Of a DNA stretch of 64,000 nucleotides, positions 28,221 to 39,314 are shown piece after piece. A program made the translations under genes and the position numbers. The stretch comes from Candidatus Aenigmatarchaeota archaeon (GTDB lineage: Archaea > Aenigmatarchaeota > Aenigmatarchaeia > Aenigmatarchaeales > Aenigmatarchaeaceae). Position 1 is the stretch's first letter. Every line of letters begins with the position of its first letter. A model generated the notes under the pieces. The model had not been told where the DNA came from. It ran no database searches and saw nothing but the letters and a program-made list of their open reading frames with translations. The stretch lies in assembly GCA_043814985.1 (NCBI GenBank), contig JBDRJK010000014.1, positions 1-64,000 of the forward strand, read 5' to 3'.

Positions 28221-29117
28221 ATGCATCTTACAGTGGGTTTATTTGGTAGCCAGGAACTTGCCGGCAAGCTGGGAAAGAAAGGAACAACAAACGATATAGC
28301 CATATTCAATCACAGCAGTTCAAACGGAGTTTTCACATATGTTTGTCCTAATTCTGAAAAGATACAGCCTCTAATGGAAGTTCTGAATATGATTGTCCTA
28401 CCAGTAATTGTCATCAAAGAAATCACCAAGGAAATGGGTGAGATTATAATAGGGATAGACCAGATGATGTTTGAAAGAGGATTTATCATAACTCAGATGT
28501 CAGATGATGTAAGCAAGTTTGTAAAAAACACAACATTAGAAAAATTTGAGATAATAGATGAGAAGGAATTGTGGCCAAAACTTCTTGAGTTGAAAATAGA
28601 AAAGAACGACGAGAATCTAATGCTTCCTATTGACAACTATTTCAATGTGAAGGGCATAGGCACTGTTGTGCTTGGTGTAATCAAAGGCGGTCAAGTAAAG
28701 TTGCACGACAAGCTTATGATGGAGCCCTTGGGCAGGGAGGTTGTTGTGAAGGGTATACAGGCCCAGGATAAGAACGTAAAGGAAACTGAGCCGGGTATGA
28801 GAGTCGGTCTAAACCTTAAGGGAGTTGCAACAGATGAGATAAAAAGAGGGTTTATTATTTGTAAGGAAATAGAGAAGACTAAGGAAATAACACTGAGTTT
28901 CAAGAAAAGCAAGTTCTTCAAGCAGGAATTAAACCCAGGATTACAAGTACTCCTCTCCGTAGGTTTGCAGGTAACAACTTGCAATGTGGAATCAGTTGGT
29001 GAAGAGTTGAAATTAAAATCCAACAGTGAAATAGCCTACAGGAAAAACCAGAGGTGTATAGTGGCTTCCTTAAATAACACAATCCCAAGAATAATCGGCA
29101 GTGGTGTCATAGTATAG
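28221..29117 (+). CDS. SelB/EF-Tu-like protein with degenerate G domain
   Basis: IDNYFNVKGIGTVVLG, GMRVGLNLKG, RGFII, RIIGSG; no intact P-loop. Confidence 0.8.
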   Translation: MHLTVGLFGSQELAGKLGKKGTTNDIAIFNHSSSNGVFTYVCPNSEKIQPLMEVLNMIVLPVIVIKEITKEMGEIIIGIDQMMFERGFIITQMSDDVSKFVKNTTLEKFEIIDEKELWPKLLELKIEKNDENLMLPIDNYFNVKGIGTVVLGVIKGGQVKLHDKLMMEPLGREVVVKGIQAQDKNVKETEPGMRVGLNLKGVATDEIKRGFIICKEIEKTKEITLSFKKSKFFKQELNPGLQVLLSVGLQVTTCNVESVGEELKLKSNSEIAYRKNQRCIVASLNNTIPRIIGSGVIV

Positions 29118-30312
29118 TTACACCCATGAAAAACAAGATGCATGGCAGAATTAGGCAACCCATACCATACGTTCTTCTTATGTTTAGATAATTGGGAATC
29201 ATACCAACAGCTATTGAAACTATTAGGATTAATATTCCTATTAAACCAGAAAATATTATTGTTAGAATAAAAAGAAATATGGAAGTGTATAAACAAAGCT
29301 TCTGGTAATTTATTTTTCTCAAGAAAGTTAAAGACATTTTGGTCATTTTCAATGTTATGAATGTTCCAATTCCTGCCGAGATTATAATGAAAGAAATAAA
29401 AATAAGAGTCTCGCTGAAGCCAACTTCCAATAATTTGCTAACGCCGACGGCAATCCCGGATCTAGGGTTTCCAATCAACCAAAGGGCAAGTACAGAATAG
29501 ACAATATCACAAGTTGTTATTGCACCGATTGATATCAGGAACTCCCTGCCATCACCTTCCTTCTTTCCAAATGCCTGTTGAGTTAGGATTGTAGATTGTG
29601 TAGCACCCAAACCAGGCAGTAACCCGGCTATTATACCTCCAAGACTTCCAATGCTGATACATGATAAAATATTTTTCCTATCCATCTTCTCCTCTTCGTA
29701 ACTAAACTTTTCAGGCAGCTTTGTCTTTTGAAATATTGACATCAATAGCATTGGCAATCCAAACAAACCTGTTAACAAAGGGAACAGTGCGCTATCAGCA
29801 AAATTATTTAATACAATTAAACCTAAGAAACCAGACAAGAAGAAAACAAACATACCCAAGAACTTGTTCTTACCTTTTTCTGAAAGTATCATGTAACCTA
29901 TGACAGCTACCAACAACCAATGCACGTGAGGTCTTATTATTTCGTACAAAGAAGGAATAAGGAATACAAATAAAGGTAAAGTCAGAACAGAAAATAAAAC
30001 ACCACCCAAGCTTCCAGTAATACACAGTTTAATTGCCTCATACCCCCTGCCTTCCATTAAAAGTTTGTGTCCCGGCAGGACCCCCAATACTGTTGATTCC
30101 TCAGGAGCGCCTAGCAGAATGGATGGTATGAAGTTAATGAAGGAATTAATCACACCAGACGTCACTAGAATAACAGCTGTTGGCAATGGACTGAACAAAA
30201 AGGACAAACCTAGAATCATTGGAATTGTGTTATTGGGATGCAGTCCTGGCAATAATCCTGCCACAACACCAAAAACAGTCCCTATTGCCAAGGCTATAAG
30301 CAAATCAAACAT
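29107..30312 (-). CDS. TctA-family (tripartite tricarboxylate transporter) membrane protein
   Basis: Repeated GLLPGLH/GLLPGLG, IPSILLGAP, LPGH. Confidence 0.88.
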   Translation of the reverse strand: MFDLLIALAIGTVFGVVAGLLPGLHPNNTIPMILGLSFLFSPLPTAVILVTSGVINSFINFIPSILLGAPEESTVLGVLPGHKLLMEGRGYEAIKLCITGSLGGVLFSVLTLPLFVFLIPSLYEIIRPHVHWLLVAVIGYMILSEKGKNKFLGMFVFFLSGFLGLIVLNNFADSALFPLLTGLFGLPMLLMSIFQKTKLPEKFSYEEEKMDRKNILSCISIGSLGGIIAGLLPGLGATQSTILTQQAFGKKEGDGREFLISIGAITTCDIVYSVLALWLIGNPRSGIAVGVSKLLEVGFSETLIFISFIIISAGIGTFITLKMTKMSLTFLRKINYQKLCLYTSIFLFILTIIFSGLIGILILIVSIAVGMIPNYLNIRRTYGMGCLILPCILFFMGVTIL

Positions 30313-30363
30313 GTTTAAGAATTTGAATCAAGTGAGAAGAATCTAATTCACTACTGTCAGTAG

Positions 30364-32037
30364 TCATTCTTCTTTGATCAGAAGCTTCTTTGCCACTATT
30401 GGGAATGCGGGTCTTGTTATGAACACTCCAATCAAAACCCCGATTGTTGTAATGATTGCAAAGCCCTTCATCGCACCTATACCAATAAACATTAATGGGA
30501 CCATGGCTGCTATGATTGTTCCGGCAGCGCTGAATACTATGAAGAACGACCTCTTGATTCTCTGTTTGACTGTGTATGAATCCTTGTCTTTGCCGCCCAA
30601 CAATATTTCATCTATCATTATAATCTGGTCGTTGGTTCCTGTTCCGATGGCAGCAATTAAACCAGCAATGGATGGAAGGTCTAATGTCCATCCCAGCAAA
30701 CCAGCTGCTCCCAATGTAATTATCAACTCAGCCATGCTCCAAACCATCATCTGTAAGAGTATTTTGAATTTCCTGTACCTGATGAATATGACGGCCATGA
30801 CAGACAAACCAGCTATTCCAGCAGCCAACAAGGCTTCCCTGAAAAATTCACTTCCAAGAGTTGGTGATATCTCGTCTATCTTTATTGTCTCCAAGCTGAC
30901 AGGCAGTGAACCAGACTGCAAAATACTTTTCAACATTAATTGCTCCTCAAATGCCTCCTTCCTGTTTTCTCTGAACCCTGTTATGGCAGGGCTTGTCAGT
31001 GCCTTGCCCTTCAAATCAGCTGATATGCTTAGGTCAGTAATAACATTGTCGTCCAGATAAAGTGATATCCTGCCTTCCAGATACTTTGTTACTGAATTAG
31101 GATCTGATATAATTTTCATCGTATTGGTTACGCTGGCAAACTTTTCCGCACCTTCTTGTGTTATGAACACTTGGAAGTTAAACTCCCAGCCTCCTGACTG
31201 CTGTATGATTCTGGAAACGCATATGCCGGTCTGCTCTTGGATGCATACGGATTGAATATCATTACCAGTGAAAACAGTGAAGAGAAGAACAGCGCTGTTG
31301 TTTGTCAGGTTAATAACCTGGAAATCTATATCCTCAAGCTCGGAGCTTTCATTTTCCTTCAATGTTATACCTTCAACTATTATTTCATTGTTTATGAGTT
31401 CCAAACTATGCTCTTCATTTAGAGTTAAACTCCCAACACCATTATCAAAGTTCACAATTCTCGGTATCTTCCCGTCAAACTTGCCCTGCTTTGCCAACAG
31501 GTTCTCCACTTCTTCCTTGGAACCGCCAGCCATTTCTATTTGCACATATTTTTCCCCAGTCACGTCATTAATCCTCTGGAACTTGGCTTCCTTCAAGCCG
31601 AAAACATTTATTCTAGTCTCCAAGGTTCCTACTATCTGCTGCATTTCAGCATCCGTGACATTTTCCTTTGGCTTCAGCAATATTCTTGTTCCTCCAATAA
31701 GGTCCAGACCGAAGTTTAGATTTGTAGAAGAAGGTGTTGAAACCTCTATACCCAAACCAATATCCTTGTTGATTATTTCAAGCTTTCCTGAATGCATGAA
31801 CCTGAAATTACCAGTGAAATTCTCAAACTGGTAGAAGTCTTCAGGGGTATTAATGTTTACTTCATTCGCCCATGTTATGTATTCCCCTGTGTTGACAACA
31901 TTGTAGAATGAAGAGTTGACAGAAACATAATCGACCCTGACGCCGGTTTTGGGGAAGGGATTTATCAGGGCTATGGATATGAATACGGAAAATAGCATCA
32001 ACAAAATTCTCCAATTTTTTAACAAACCTAATTTCAT
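30364..32037 (-). CDS. secD: protein translocase subunit SecD
   Basis: FGLDLIGGT, RINVFG, LQSGSLP, ISPTLG, LDLPSIAG, GTGTNDQ; start at ATGA overlap with secF. Confidence 0.93.
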   Translation of the reverse strand: MKLGLLKNWRILLMLFSVFISIALINPFPKTGVRVDYVSVNSSFYNVVNTGEYITWANEVNINTPEDFYQFENFTGNFRFMHSGKLEIINKDIGLGIEVSTPSSTNLNFGLDLIGGTRILLKPKENVTDAEMQQIVGTLETRINVFGLKEAKFQRINDVTGEKYVQIEMAGGSKEEVENLLAKQGKFDGKIPRIVNFDNGVGSLTLNEEHSLELINNEIIVEGITLKENESSELEDIDFQVINLTNNSAVLLFTVFTGNDIQSVCIQEQTGICVSRIIQQSGGWEFNFQVFITQEGAEKFASVTNTMKIISDPNSVTKYLEGRISLYLDDNVITDLSISADLKGKALTSPAITGFRENRKEAFEEQLMLKSILQSGSLPVSLETIKIDEISPTLGSEFFREALLAAGIAGLSVMAVIFIRYRKFKILLQMMVWSMAELIITLGAAGLLGWTLDLPSIAGLIAAIGTGTNDQIIMIDEILLGGKDKDSYTVKQRIKRSFFIVFSAAGTIIAAMVPLMFIGIGAMKGFAIITTIGVLIGVFITRPAFPIVAKKLLIKEE

Positions 32038-32855
32038 TTTCCTTTCCTCTCCATATGCCATCTTAATAATGGTGTGGCGAAAAGCCATGTGTTCTGAAGA
32101 TCAACCAAGAGACCTATCAACAATATTGATGCAATCTGAGTTATGATAGAAGACAGAGACATTGTGTAAAGAGCAAACAATGCAACCATGGTTGCTGCTG
32201 TTGTGGTAAAACTAGTCTTGTAACTCTCTTTTAATTTTTCTTTCATGTCTCCACCACCTTTCAACAGCCTTGTGGTTATCATGACATCATCATCAACTGA
32301 ATAACCGATTATCATCAACAGCGCGGCGAAGCTTGCCAATGAAAGTTTTATGCCGATTAGTTGAGAGATGACCAATGTTTCTATGATGTCAAAAACAGGG
32401 GCCAGAGTTACGTAAAAGCTTATTATAGGAATCTTGAATATGAAAAGAATTGTTAGTGCCATGAAAATGAACGCCACAACAAGAACAATAAGAGCCTGCT
32501 GCAAAGATGCCGCACCCAGACTTGAACCGACTGTCTGGACAGAATAATCTTCAAAATCATAGCCATTATCGCTCAGTTCCTTTAGAATGTCATCAGAATC
32601 TATGCTGGCATCAAACTCAATGAAGATGGAATAGCCGGTTAAGCCTGAAGCTGTCCTGACATTCACGTCATACTCTTCCAATATATTCATTATTTCCTTG
32701 TCGTCAACAGCGCTTCCTGATTCCACTATTATCTGGGTCCCGCCCTTCAGGTCAATATCCAAATTAAGTCCTGTTGTTGAAATTTGCCAGAGCAAATAGC
32801 TTGAACACAATGCCAAAATAAATATTGGCACTATTAGTGACAATTTGTAATTCAT
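32034..32855 (-). CDS. secF: protein translocase subunit SecF
   Basis: DIDLKGGT, VGSSLG, IIGYSVDDD. Confidence 0.93.
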   Translation of the reverse strand: MNYKLSLIVPIFILALCSSYLLWQISTTGLNLDIDLKGGTQIIVESGSAVDDKEIMNILEEYDVNVRTASGLTGYSIFIEFDASIDSDDILKELSDNGYDFEDYSVQTVGSSLGAASLQQALIVLVVAFIFMALTILFIFKIPIISFYVTLAPVFDIIETLVISQLIGIKLSLASFAALLMIIGYSVDDDVMITTRLLKGGGDMKEKLKESYKTSFTTTAATMVALFALYTMSLSSIITQIASILLIGLLVDLQNTWLFATPLLRWHMERKGK

Positions 32856-32900
32856 AAGAAATAGATATGTTATTAAAGTATTTTAAGCTTAAATGATACT

Positions 32901-33869
32901 ATGAAAATAGGCATAGTCGGTGGGGGCATAAACGGCACTTTTTTGGCTTGGAAGCTCTCAAAGGAGCATGAAGTAACACTTTTTGAGAAAAAGAAGACAA
33001 TAGGCAAGGATGTGTGCTCAGGGCTTGTTTCTGAGAGGCTTTGGGATTACATACCCAAGTCACAAAAGCTAATACAAAACACAATAAGCCAAGCAGTGCT
33101 TCATTTTCCCAAGAAGGATGTCAAATTCAACTTCTACCCCAAGATGCTTGTCCTCAACCGCAAGTCATTGGACGGTTACATAGCTTCTCTGGCAGAGAAA
33201 AACGGCGCCAAGATACTTCTTAATACAGAAGTGAAGAAGATATACCATGTAAAAGGCAAGAGGCCGCAGATATCTGTTAAGGGAAAGCTTTACGAGTTCG
33301 ACTATTTGATAGGGTCGGACGGTTATTTCTCTGTTGTTAGGAAGAGCATAGGCATAAAGGCCCCGAAATACAGGCTGGGAATATACACCTATGTCAACAA
33401 GAAATCAACTTCTGATAAAGTGGATATATACCCTCTTGATGATGGCTTCCTCTGGGTGATACCAAGGAAAAAGAACATTGAATATGGTATTTTGGCCAAT
33501 CCCAGCATTGCTAGGAAAAGGTTTGACAGTTTCTGCAAGAAAAAGAAGGTCAAGCCGACGAAGATATATTCATACGTTGTTCCAAGAGGTTTGATTCATG
33601 CTGAAATGGGAAGGATCGCTCTTTGTGGCGATGTCATTGGTTTGACCAAGCCTTGGAGCGGTGGCGGCATACTCTGGAGCCTTACAGCAGACGAGATTCT
33701 CATCAACAGCTTCCCTGATTTCAAAAAATACAATGAAAAATTGAAAGATTACTTCGAGCCGAAAATATTCTTTTCCAAGTTAATAGAAAAAACAGGGAGA
33801 TTTGTGGGAAACAACACCCCAAGATTGGCGCCCAAAGAGCTTTACTTTGATGGGGACTGGATATTTTAA
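32901..33869 (+). CDS. geranylgeranyl reductase-family FAD oxidoreductase
   Basis: GGGING, VCSG, GSDG..S, WVIP, GD..GLTKPWSGGGI. Confidence 0.85.
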   Translation: MKIGIVGGGINGTFLAWKLSKEHEVTLFEKKKTIGKDVCSGLVSERLWDYIPKSQKLIQNTISQAVLHFPKKDVKFNFYPKMLVLNRKSLDGYIASLAEKNGAKILLNTEVKKIYHVKGKRPQISVKGKLYEFDYLIGSDGYFSVVRKSIGIKAPKYRLGIYTYVNKKSTSDKVDIYPLDDGFLWVIPRKKNIEYGILANPSIARKRFDSFCKKKKVKPTKIYSYVVPRGLIHAEMGRIALCGDVIGLTKPWSGGGILWSLTADEILINSFPDFKKYNEKLKDYFEPKIFFSKLIEKTGRFVGNNTPRLAPKELYFDGDWIF

Positions 33870-33885
33870 TGTAAATAGTGGTTTT

Positions 33886-34539
33886 TTGATATCAATCCTA
33901 ATTCCAACCAAGAACGAGCCACTTATACAAAATCTTGTCAATGAAATAAACAAGACAATAAAACAGAAGCATGAAATCATCATAATTGACAAGAGTAGGA
34001 GAAATCCCAAGATAAGGGGCGCAAAGGTTCTGAGGCAGAAGTCTGACGGTCTGGGTAATGCTTTTCTTGAAGGTTTTGCCAAGAGCAAGGGCAATATAAT
34101 AGCAGTGATGGACGGCGACGGCTCACATGATCCAGATGACTTGAAGAAAATGCTTGCCAAAATACCGGAGTACGACATTGCTATTGGATCAAAACTTGTT
34201 GTTGGTGGTAGGACAGAAGATTCATTTTCGAGGAGAATTGTTACAAGGGTTACAAATTCAATTGCAAGGACAATCTTAGGTTTGAACATCAGGGACTTGA
34301 TGACAGGATTTATAGTTGTCAAAAGAAGCGTTCTTGAGAAAATAAAACTCAGGCCAAAGGGCTACAAGTTCGTCCTTGAGATAATCTACAAGTCAAAAGC
34401 CAAGGTTGTAGAGGTTCCCATCACCTTCCACAAAAGAGAGGCAGGCGAATCTAAGGTTGGTTTTAATCTAAAAGGTATTAAAGAGTTCTCAAGAATAATA
34501 ATTTTAATATTTGAGCTGAGGCTGGGTGTGAATAAATGA
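33886..34539 (+). CDS. GT2 polyprenol-phosphate glycosyltransferase (DPM1-like)
   Basis: LIPTKNE, MDGDGSHDP, GSK, DLMTGF, EVPITF..R..GESK; TTG start at 33886 inferred. Confidence 0.9.
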   Translation: MISILIPTKNEPLIQNLVNEINKTIKQKHEIIIIDKSRRNPKIRGAKVLRQKSDGLGNAFLEGFAKSKGNIIAVMDGDGSHDPDDLKKMLAKIPEYDIAIGSKLVVGGRTEDSFSRRIVTRVTNSIARTILGLNIRDLMTGFIVVKRSVLEKIKLRPKGYKFVLEIIYKSKAKVVEVPITFHKREAGESKVGFNLKGIKEFSRIIILIFELRLGVNK

Positions 34540-35807
34540 GAATAGGAATAATAGGTGGCGGTTTGACTGGTTTGACAGCCGCGTTTATCCTGTCAAAAAA
34601 ACATAAAGTCACTGTCCTTGAAAAGGAAGATTATCTTGGTGGCATGGCTTCGTCATACACAATCAATTGGGATGGTAAAAAGTATCCCATAACAAAAACA
34701 TACCATCACATTCTTGATGGCGACAAGACAACTGTTGGCATCATCAAAAAACTTGGTCTTTACAATAAATACAACAAGAAAAAAGTAAAACAAGGTTTTA
34801 TCTATAAAAATAAAATAATGGGTTTTTCCACACCTTTGGAAATACTAAAATTTCCTATTCACTTTTCAGACAAAATTAGACTGGTTAAATTTATTATTCT
34901 AGATTCGAAAAAGAAAAATTGGGACGACCTTGAGGGTTTAAACACAAAAAAATGGATAACAGAAAAGGCAGGCAAGATTAACTATGATGTTTTTTTCAAT
35001 CAGCTTGTTAGGAACAAGTTCCATGAGTCACCAGAGAAAATAGCGGCATCATGGTTCGGTACGCGCTTCTTCAAGGAATCCTCATCCTTCCTTAAGAAAT
35101 TTGGATGGTTAAGAGGAGGGGTTGTACAAATCATAAATAACTTTGAGAAAAACATTCGTAAAAATAAGGGAAGAATAATTACCGGTTCTGAAGTGGTTTC
35201 AATTAGAAACAAGAGAATAACATATGTGAAGAATAAGAAAAGAAAAAAGATTCAATTTGATTTGATTGTCAGTACTGTTCCGCCTGAAATATTCCTTAAG
35301 ATTATGGACAAAGTACCAAAGGAATTGGAAAATTCCTTCAAAAAAATAAAATACCTCAGCTGTATATGTGCTACCATAGGGCTTAAGAAAAAAATGTTCG
35401 ATCAGTACTGGTTGAACATACTAGACAAGCTACCTTTTGTGGTCCTGTTCAACCATACCGCATTGTACGAGGATGCAGCACCGAAAGGAAAGTCAGTTTG
35501 TTATATTTTAACATATCTCAAGAGTAATGAGAAGCTCTGGAAGAAGTCTGAGAAGGAGATAAAAAAGATTTATGTTGATGCAATCAAAAGAATAATACCT
35601 GATTTCGAAGAAAACATAGAATGGTTTAACATATTCAAAGTAAAAAATGCTGAGGCCGTCTACAAATTAGGTTTCAAAAACCCACCAACAAGCTATGACG
35701 GCATATATTTTGGAGGCATTTATAAAACCTATCCCAAAATAAGAAACATGGCTTCTGCCATGGAAGAGGGGATAAAGGTTGCCAATGAGATAGAGAGGAC
35801 GGTTTAA
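34536..35807 (+). CDS. FAD-dependent oxidoreductase (HemY/amine oxidase/UGM-like superfamily)
   Basis: IIGGGLTGL, LEKEDYLGGMA, YHH. Confidence 0.85.
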   Translation: MRIGIIGGGLTGLTAAFILSKKHKVTVLEKEDYLGGMASSYTINWDGKKYPITKTYHHILDGDKTTVGIIKKLGLYNKYNKKKVKQGFIYKNKIMGFSTPLEILKFPIHFSDKIRLVKFIILDSKKKNWDDLEGLNTKKWITEKAGKINYDVFFNQLVRNKFHESPEKIAASWFGTRFFKESSSFLKKFGWLRGGVVQIINNFEKNIRKNKGRIITGSEVVSIRNKRITYVKNKKRKKIQFDLIVSTVPPEIFLKIMDKVPKELENSFKKIKYLSCICATIGLKKKMFDQYWLNILDKLPFVVLFNHTALYEDAAPKGKSVCYILTYLKSNEKLWKKSEKEIKKIYVDAIKRIIPDFEENIEWFNIFKVKNAEAVYKLGFKNPPTSYDGIYFGGIYKTYPKIRNMASAMEEGIKVANEIERTV

Positions 35808-36868
35808 TGTCTAAAGTAGCTTTTTTGAAACTGAATAAAGTCAGTAAAGAAGAGGTCAGGAAGACTGTCCACAAAGCAATGAAAATGGGAAACTGGAAAA
35901 AATACATAAAAGGCAAAAAAATCTTCGTAAAAATAAATGGAATTTCTGATCAAGTCGTTCCAGGCCAATGCACATCACCATGGGTCATAGATGCTGTCCT
36001 AGAAAAATTAAAGGACACATATCCCAAAACAACCATTTTCATGGGCGATGCCAATCTTGCAGCATCAGAACAGTTGAACAAGGCAGCCAAACTTTGGGGT
36101 TTCTATGAGCTTGCCAATAAATATGATGCAAGATTTGTTAACCTCTCGGAGGAACCTTTGATAAAAACAAAGTTTGGAGGCAAAGTCCTCAAGAAAACAG
36201 AAGTCCCGAAAATACTTTTAGATGTTGATAGAATTCTCAATATACCTGTTGCAAAGACGCATTGCCTCACAACAATAACATGCTGCTTGAAGAACCACTG
36301 GGGTCTTCTTCCAAGGTTCAGGCACCAGTACCACCTAGTTGCTGATCAGGCAATACCTGACGTCAATAATTTCTTCAGAAAAACAACCTTCAATGTCGTT
36401 GATTTCACAATAGGGATGGAAGGAAACGCACCAAGGACAGGCATATCTAAAATATTTAATTTAATTCTCGCTGGTCATGATAGAGTTGCAATAGATTACA
36501 CTGTTGCAAGACACATGGGTTTTGATGCAGACAAAATAAAACACATCGAGCTGGCTGAAAAGATGGGTATTGGTTCTAGAAAAAATATAAAAATTGCCGG
36601 TAGCAGATTTTTTGTTAACAAAGTAAAAGCACCAGAGCCAAACAAACAACCTATTTTCTTCTGGGAGATGCATCTAAGAAAGATTCCAGTTGTCAAACCA
36701 ATTCTTTTTGACACACCAATATTCCCCTGCCTATGCAACATAGCAACTTTTTACAACACTAAAATATGGTACAACAGGTTCGGTAGAAAATACATCAAGA
36801 AAATAATGAGAACCGCCTATGCTGAAGAATTCAGACCACTCTTTAAAAGAAACAACATAAAATATTAG
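35807..36868 (+). CDS. DUF362-family protein
   Basis: IFVKIN, TSP, NIPVAKTH, LKNHWG, MEGNAP, DRVAID. Confidence 0.85.
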   Translation: MSKVAFLKLNKVSKEEVRKTVHKAMKMGNWKKYIKGKKIFVKINGISDQVVPGQCTSPWVIDAVLEKLKDTYPKTTIFMGDANLAASEQLNKAAKLWGFYELANKYDARFVNLSEEPLIKTKFGGKVLKKTEVPKILLDVDRILNIPVAKTHCLTTITCCLKNHWGLLPRFRHQYHLVADQAIPDVNNFFRKTTFNVVDFTIGMEGNAPRTGISKIFNLILAGHDRVAIDYTVARHMGFDADKIKHIELAEKMGIGSRKNIKIAGSRFFVNKVKAPEPNKQPIFFWEMHLRKIPVVKPILFDTPIFPCLCNIATFYNTKIWYNRFGRKYIKKIMRTAYAEEFRPLFKRNNIKY

Positions 36869-36877
36869 TTGGATTAA

Positions 36878-37819
36878 ATGAAAATCTTTAAAATGAAAAA
36901 CCTAATTATGTTCCTTGCGTTCTCAGTAATAATTTATTCTGTATTGATTGTTGCTGGCGACTACAACAAAATTGCAGACAAGTTCAAACTTTTTAATCTG
37001 TGGGTCATACCAGTTGTGATGCTTTTCGCGTGGGCGGATGACTTTATACGATTTTTAAAATGGGACTACTTCCTAAAGAAAATAAAAATAAGAGTCGAAA
37101 AGAAAACATCATTCTTGATTTTCTTTTCTGGGCTTGCTATGTCCATAACACCCGGAAAGGTCGGAGAGGTTCTCAAGTCCTACCTCCTTAAGAAGACTGT
37201 CGGTGTGAAAATGAGGAAAAGTATAATGGTGGTAGTTTTTGAAAGACTAACAGATGTTTTGGCTCTCTCTATTTTGGCTCTATTGGGAGCATTCAGTTTT
37301 TTAAACAACCCTTATTTTATTTTTTTGATAGCATTTTTGATATTTACAATAACCCTAGCATTTGTTTTGCTTAGCAATAAAAAAGTTTTTTTCAAGTTTT
37401 CTAAAGTTCTCGTAAAAATACCAATTGTTAAAAAATATGTGAAGTACATTAATGATATTCACAAAACTTCACAGCAATTGCTGTCTCCCAAGGTTCTAGC
37501 AACAAGCACTCTAATGTCAGTTGCTTCTTGGTTTTTAGAATGCTTGGGTTTCTACATACTGTTGCACGCTTTAGGTGCACCATTGCCTATACTTACTGTA
37601 ACCTTCATATTTTCTTTCTCCTCAATATTCGGTTCAATAATATTTTTACCTGGAGGTTTGGGTGCTGCAGAGAGCAGCTTTGTTGCCTTGCTCCTATTTT
37701 CAGGGTTAACAATAACAACAGCAACGCTTGCAACAATCCTAATCAGGCTAACCACGCTGTTTTGGGGCATACTAATAGGCTTGGTGTGTTTGTCAATTCT
37801 CAGTAGGTGGAAAAAATGA
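36878..37819 (+). CDS. UPF0104 / LPG-synthase TM domain flippase-like protein
   Basis: TPGKVGE, FERLTD, PGGLGAAE; multi-TM. Confidence 0.88.
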   Translation: MKIFKMKNLIMFLAFSVIIYSVLIVAGDYNKIADKFKLFNLWVIPVVMLFAWADDFIRFLKWDYFLKKIKIRVEKKTSFLIFFSGLAMSITPGKVGEVLKSYLLKKTVGVKMRKSIMVVVFERLTDVLALSILALLGAFSFLNNPYFIFLIAFLIFTITLAFVLLSNKKVFFKFSKVLVKIPIVKKYVKYINDIHKTSQQLLSPKVLATSTLMSVASWFLECLGFYILLHALGAPLPILTVTFIFSFSSIFGSIIFLPGGLGAAESSFVALLLFSGLTITTATLATILIRLTTLFWGILIGLVCLSILSRWKK

Positions 37820-39309
37820 AAGTATTGTTGATAAAACCACAGAGAACAATCCCGAACAATTTCAGAGGCGTTGGCAGAATTTTCCCTTCTGTTGGCTTGT
37901 GCTACATAGGGGCTGTCCTAGAGAAAAACGGTTATGATGTAAAGGTTCTGGATGCTGCAATAGAAGGTTGGAGAAAAATAAACCAGAGAAGCGACGGTCT
38001 GAAATACATAGGAATAGACTTCAATGAGATTGGAAAAAGAATAAAGAAAGAGAAGCCTGACATTGTCGGGATAACTACTTTGTCTGTTGATGCTATCAGT
38101 GCAAGGCAAATAGCTCGAACAGTCAAGAATGTTGATAGCAACATAAAGGTCATGATGGGAGGCTGTCATGTTTCTGTGACACCGTTTAAGACAATAGCTG
38201 ACAAGAATGTTGACTTTGTGGTTGTCGGTGAAGGTGAATACACTACCTTGGATTTGGTAAAGACTCTTGATGAGGACAAAGAATTGTATAATGTAAAAGG
38301 TCTGATATACAGGGACAAAGACAAGGTAATTAAGAACAGACCAAGGGAATACATAAAGAATCTAGATGAGCTGCCCTTTCCTGCGTGGCATCTTACAAAC
38401 ATGAAAGAGTTCTTCAAGCTAACAAAATACCTGCAGGGTTCACATCTTACACCTGAACGCCACCTCAGCATAATAACCTCAAGAAGCTGCCCTTATGGTT
38501 GCATTTTCTGCTCTGTGAGATCTATAATGGGAAGGGGTTTCAGGCCCAGGAGCCCTGAGAACGTTGTTGCAGAAATGGAATACATGGTAAACAAATATAA
38601 GATAAAACTTTTCAGCGTAGAGGATGACAATCTAACATTTGACAAGAAAAGGGCTGAGAAGATATTTGACTTGATGATTGAAAAGAGGTTGAACAATAAA
38701 ATAACATGGGACACGCCAAACGGTGTCAGGGCTGATACGCTTGATGAGAATCTTCTTGGAAAGATGAAGAAGTCTGGTGCCGTGCACATATTTGTCAGCC
38801 CTGAGAGTGGCAGCCAGAGAGTGGTGAAAGATATAATAGGAAAGAAACTTGATCTTGGTACAGTTGAGAACGCTGTTAGAATCTGCAAAGATATAGGCTT
38901 GAAGATAAGCTGCTATTTCATTGTTGGCTTGCCTGGGGAAACCAAAGAAGACTTGGAAAAAACTGTTGCGTTTGCAAGCAAGATGAGAGAATTTGGAGCC
39001 ATTACCTTATGCGCTATGGCACGGCCCACCTTTGGTACTGAGTTGTACGATTTGTCAAAGAAGAAAGGTTACCTTATGGTTGATGGTGAAGAGTTGGAAA
39101 GAAGCCTAGTTCAATTTGAGAAACGAGGAGCCCTGAAAACTCCCGAGTTCACTCCTGAAGAATTAGATGAATACGCAAAAAGAATAAGAGCTGGCAACGA
39201 GTCAGACGAGATGAAGCAAATAATAAAAACAAAACCTTTCCACGCTTTCAAGCTTTTCACACTTCATCCAAAAATAATATCAAACTATCTTTTGAAGAAC
39301 AAGTCATAG
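37816..39309 (+). CDS. cobalamin-binding radical SAM enzyme (1)
   Basis: B12-binding N-domain (GGCH, GEGE), SRSCPYGCIFC, DDN, ESG. Confidence 0.93.
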   Translation: MKVLLIKPQRTIPNNFRGVGRIFPSVGLCYIGAVLEKNGYDVKVLDAAIEGWRKINQRSDGLKYIGIDFNEIGKRIKKEKPDIVGITTLSVDAISARQIARTVKNVDSNIKVMMGGCHVSVTPFKTIADKNVDFVVVGEGEYTTLDLVKTLDEDKELYNVKGLIYRDKDKVIKNRPREYIKNLDELPFPAWHLTNMKEFFKLTKYLQGSHLTPERHLSIITSRSCPYGCIFCSVRSIMGRGFRPRSPENVVAEMEYMVNKYKIKLFSVEDDNLTFDKKRAEKIFDLMIEKRLNNKITWDTPNGVRADTLDENLLGKMKKSGAVHIFVSPESGSQRVVKDIIGKKLDLGTVENAVRICKDIGLKISCYFIVGLPGETKEDLEKTVAFASKMREFGAITLCAMARPTFGTELYDLSKKKGYLMVDGEELERSLVQFEKRGALKTPEFTPEELDEYAKRIRAGNESDEMKQIIKTKPFHAFKLFTLHPKIISNYLLKNKS

Positions 39310-39314
39310 AAATT

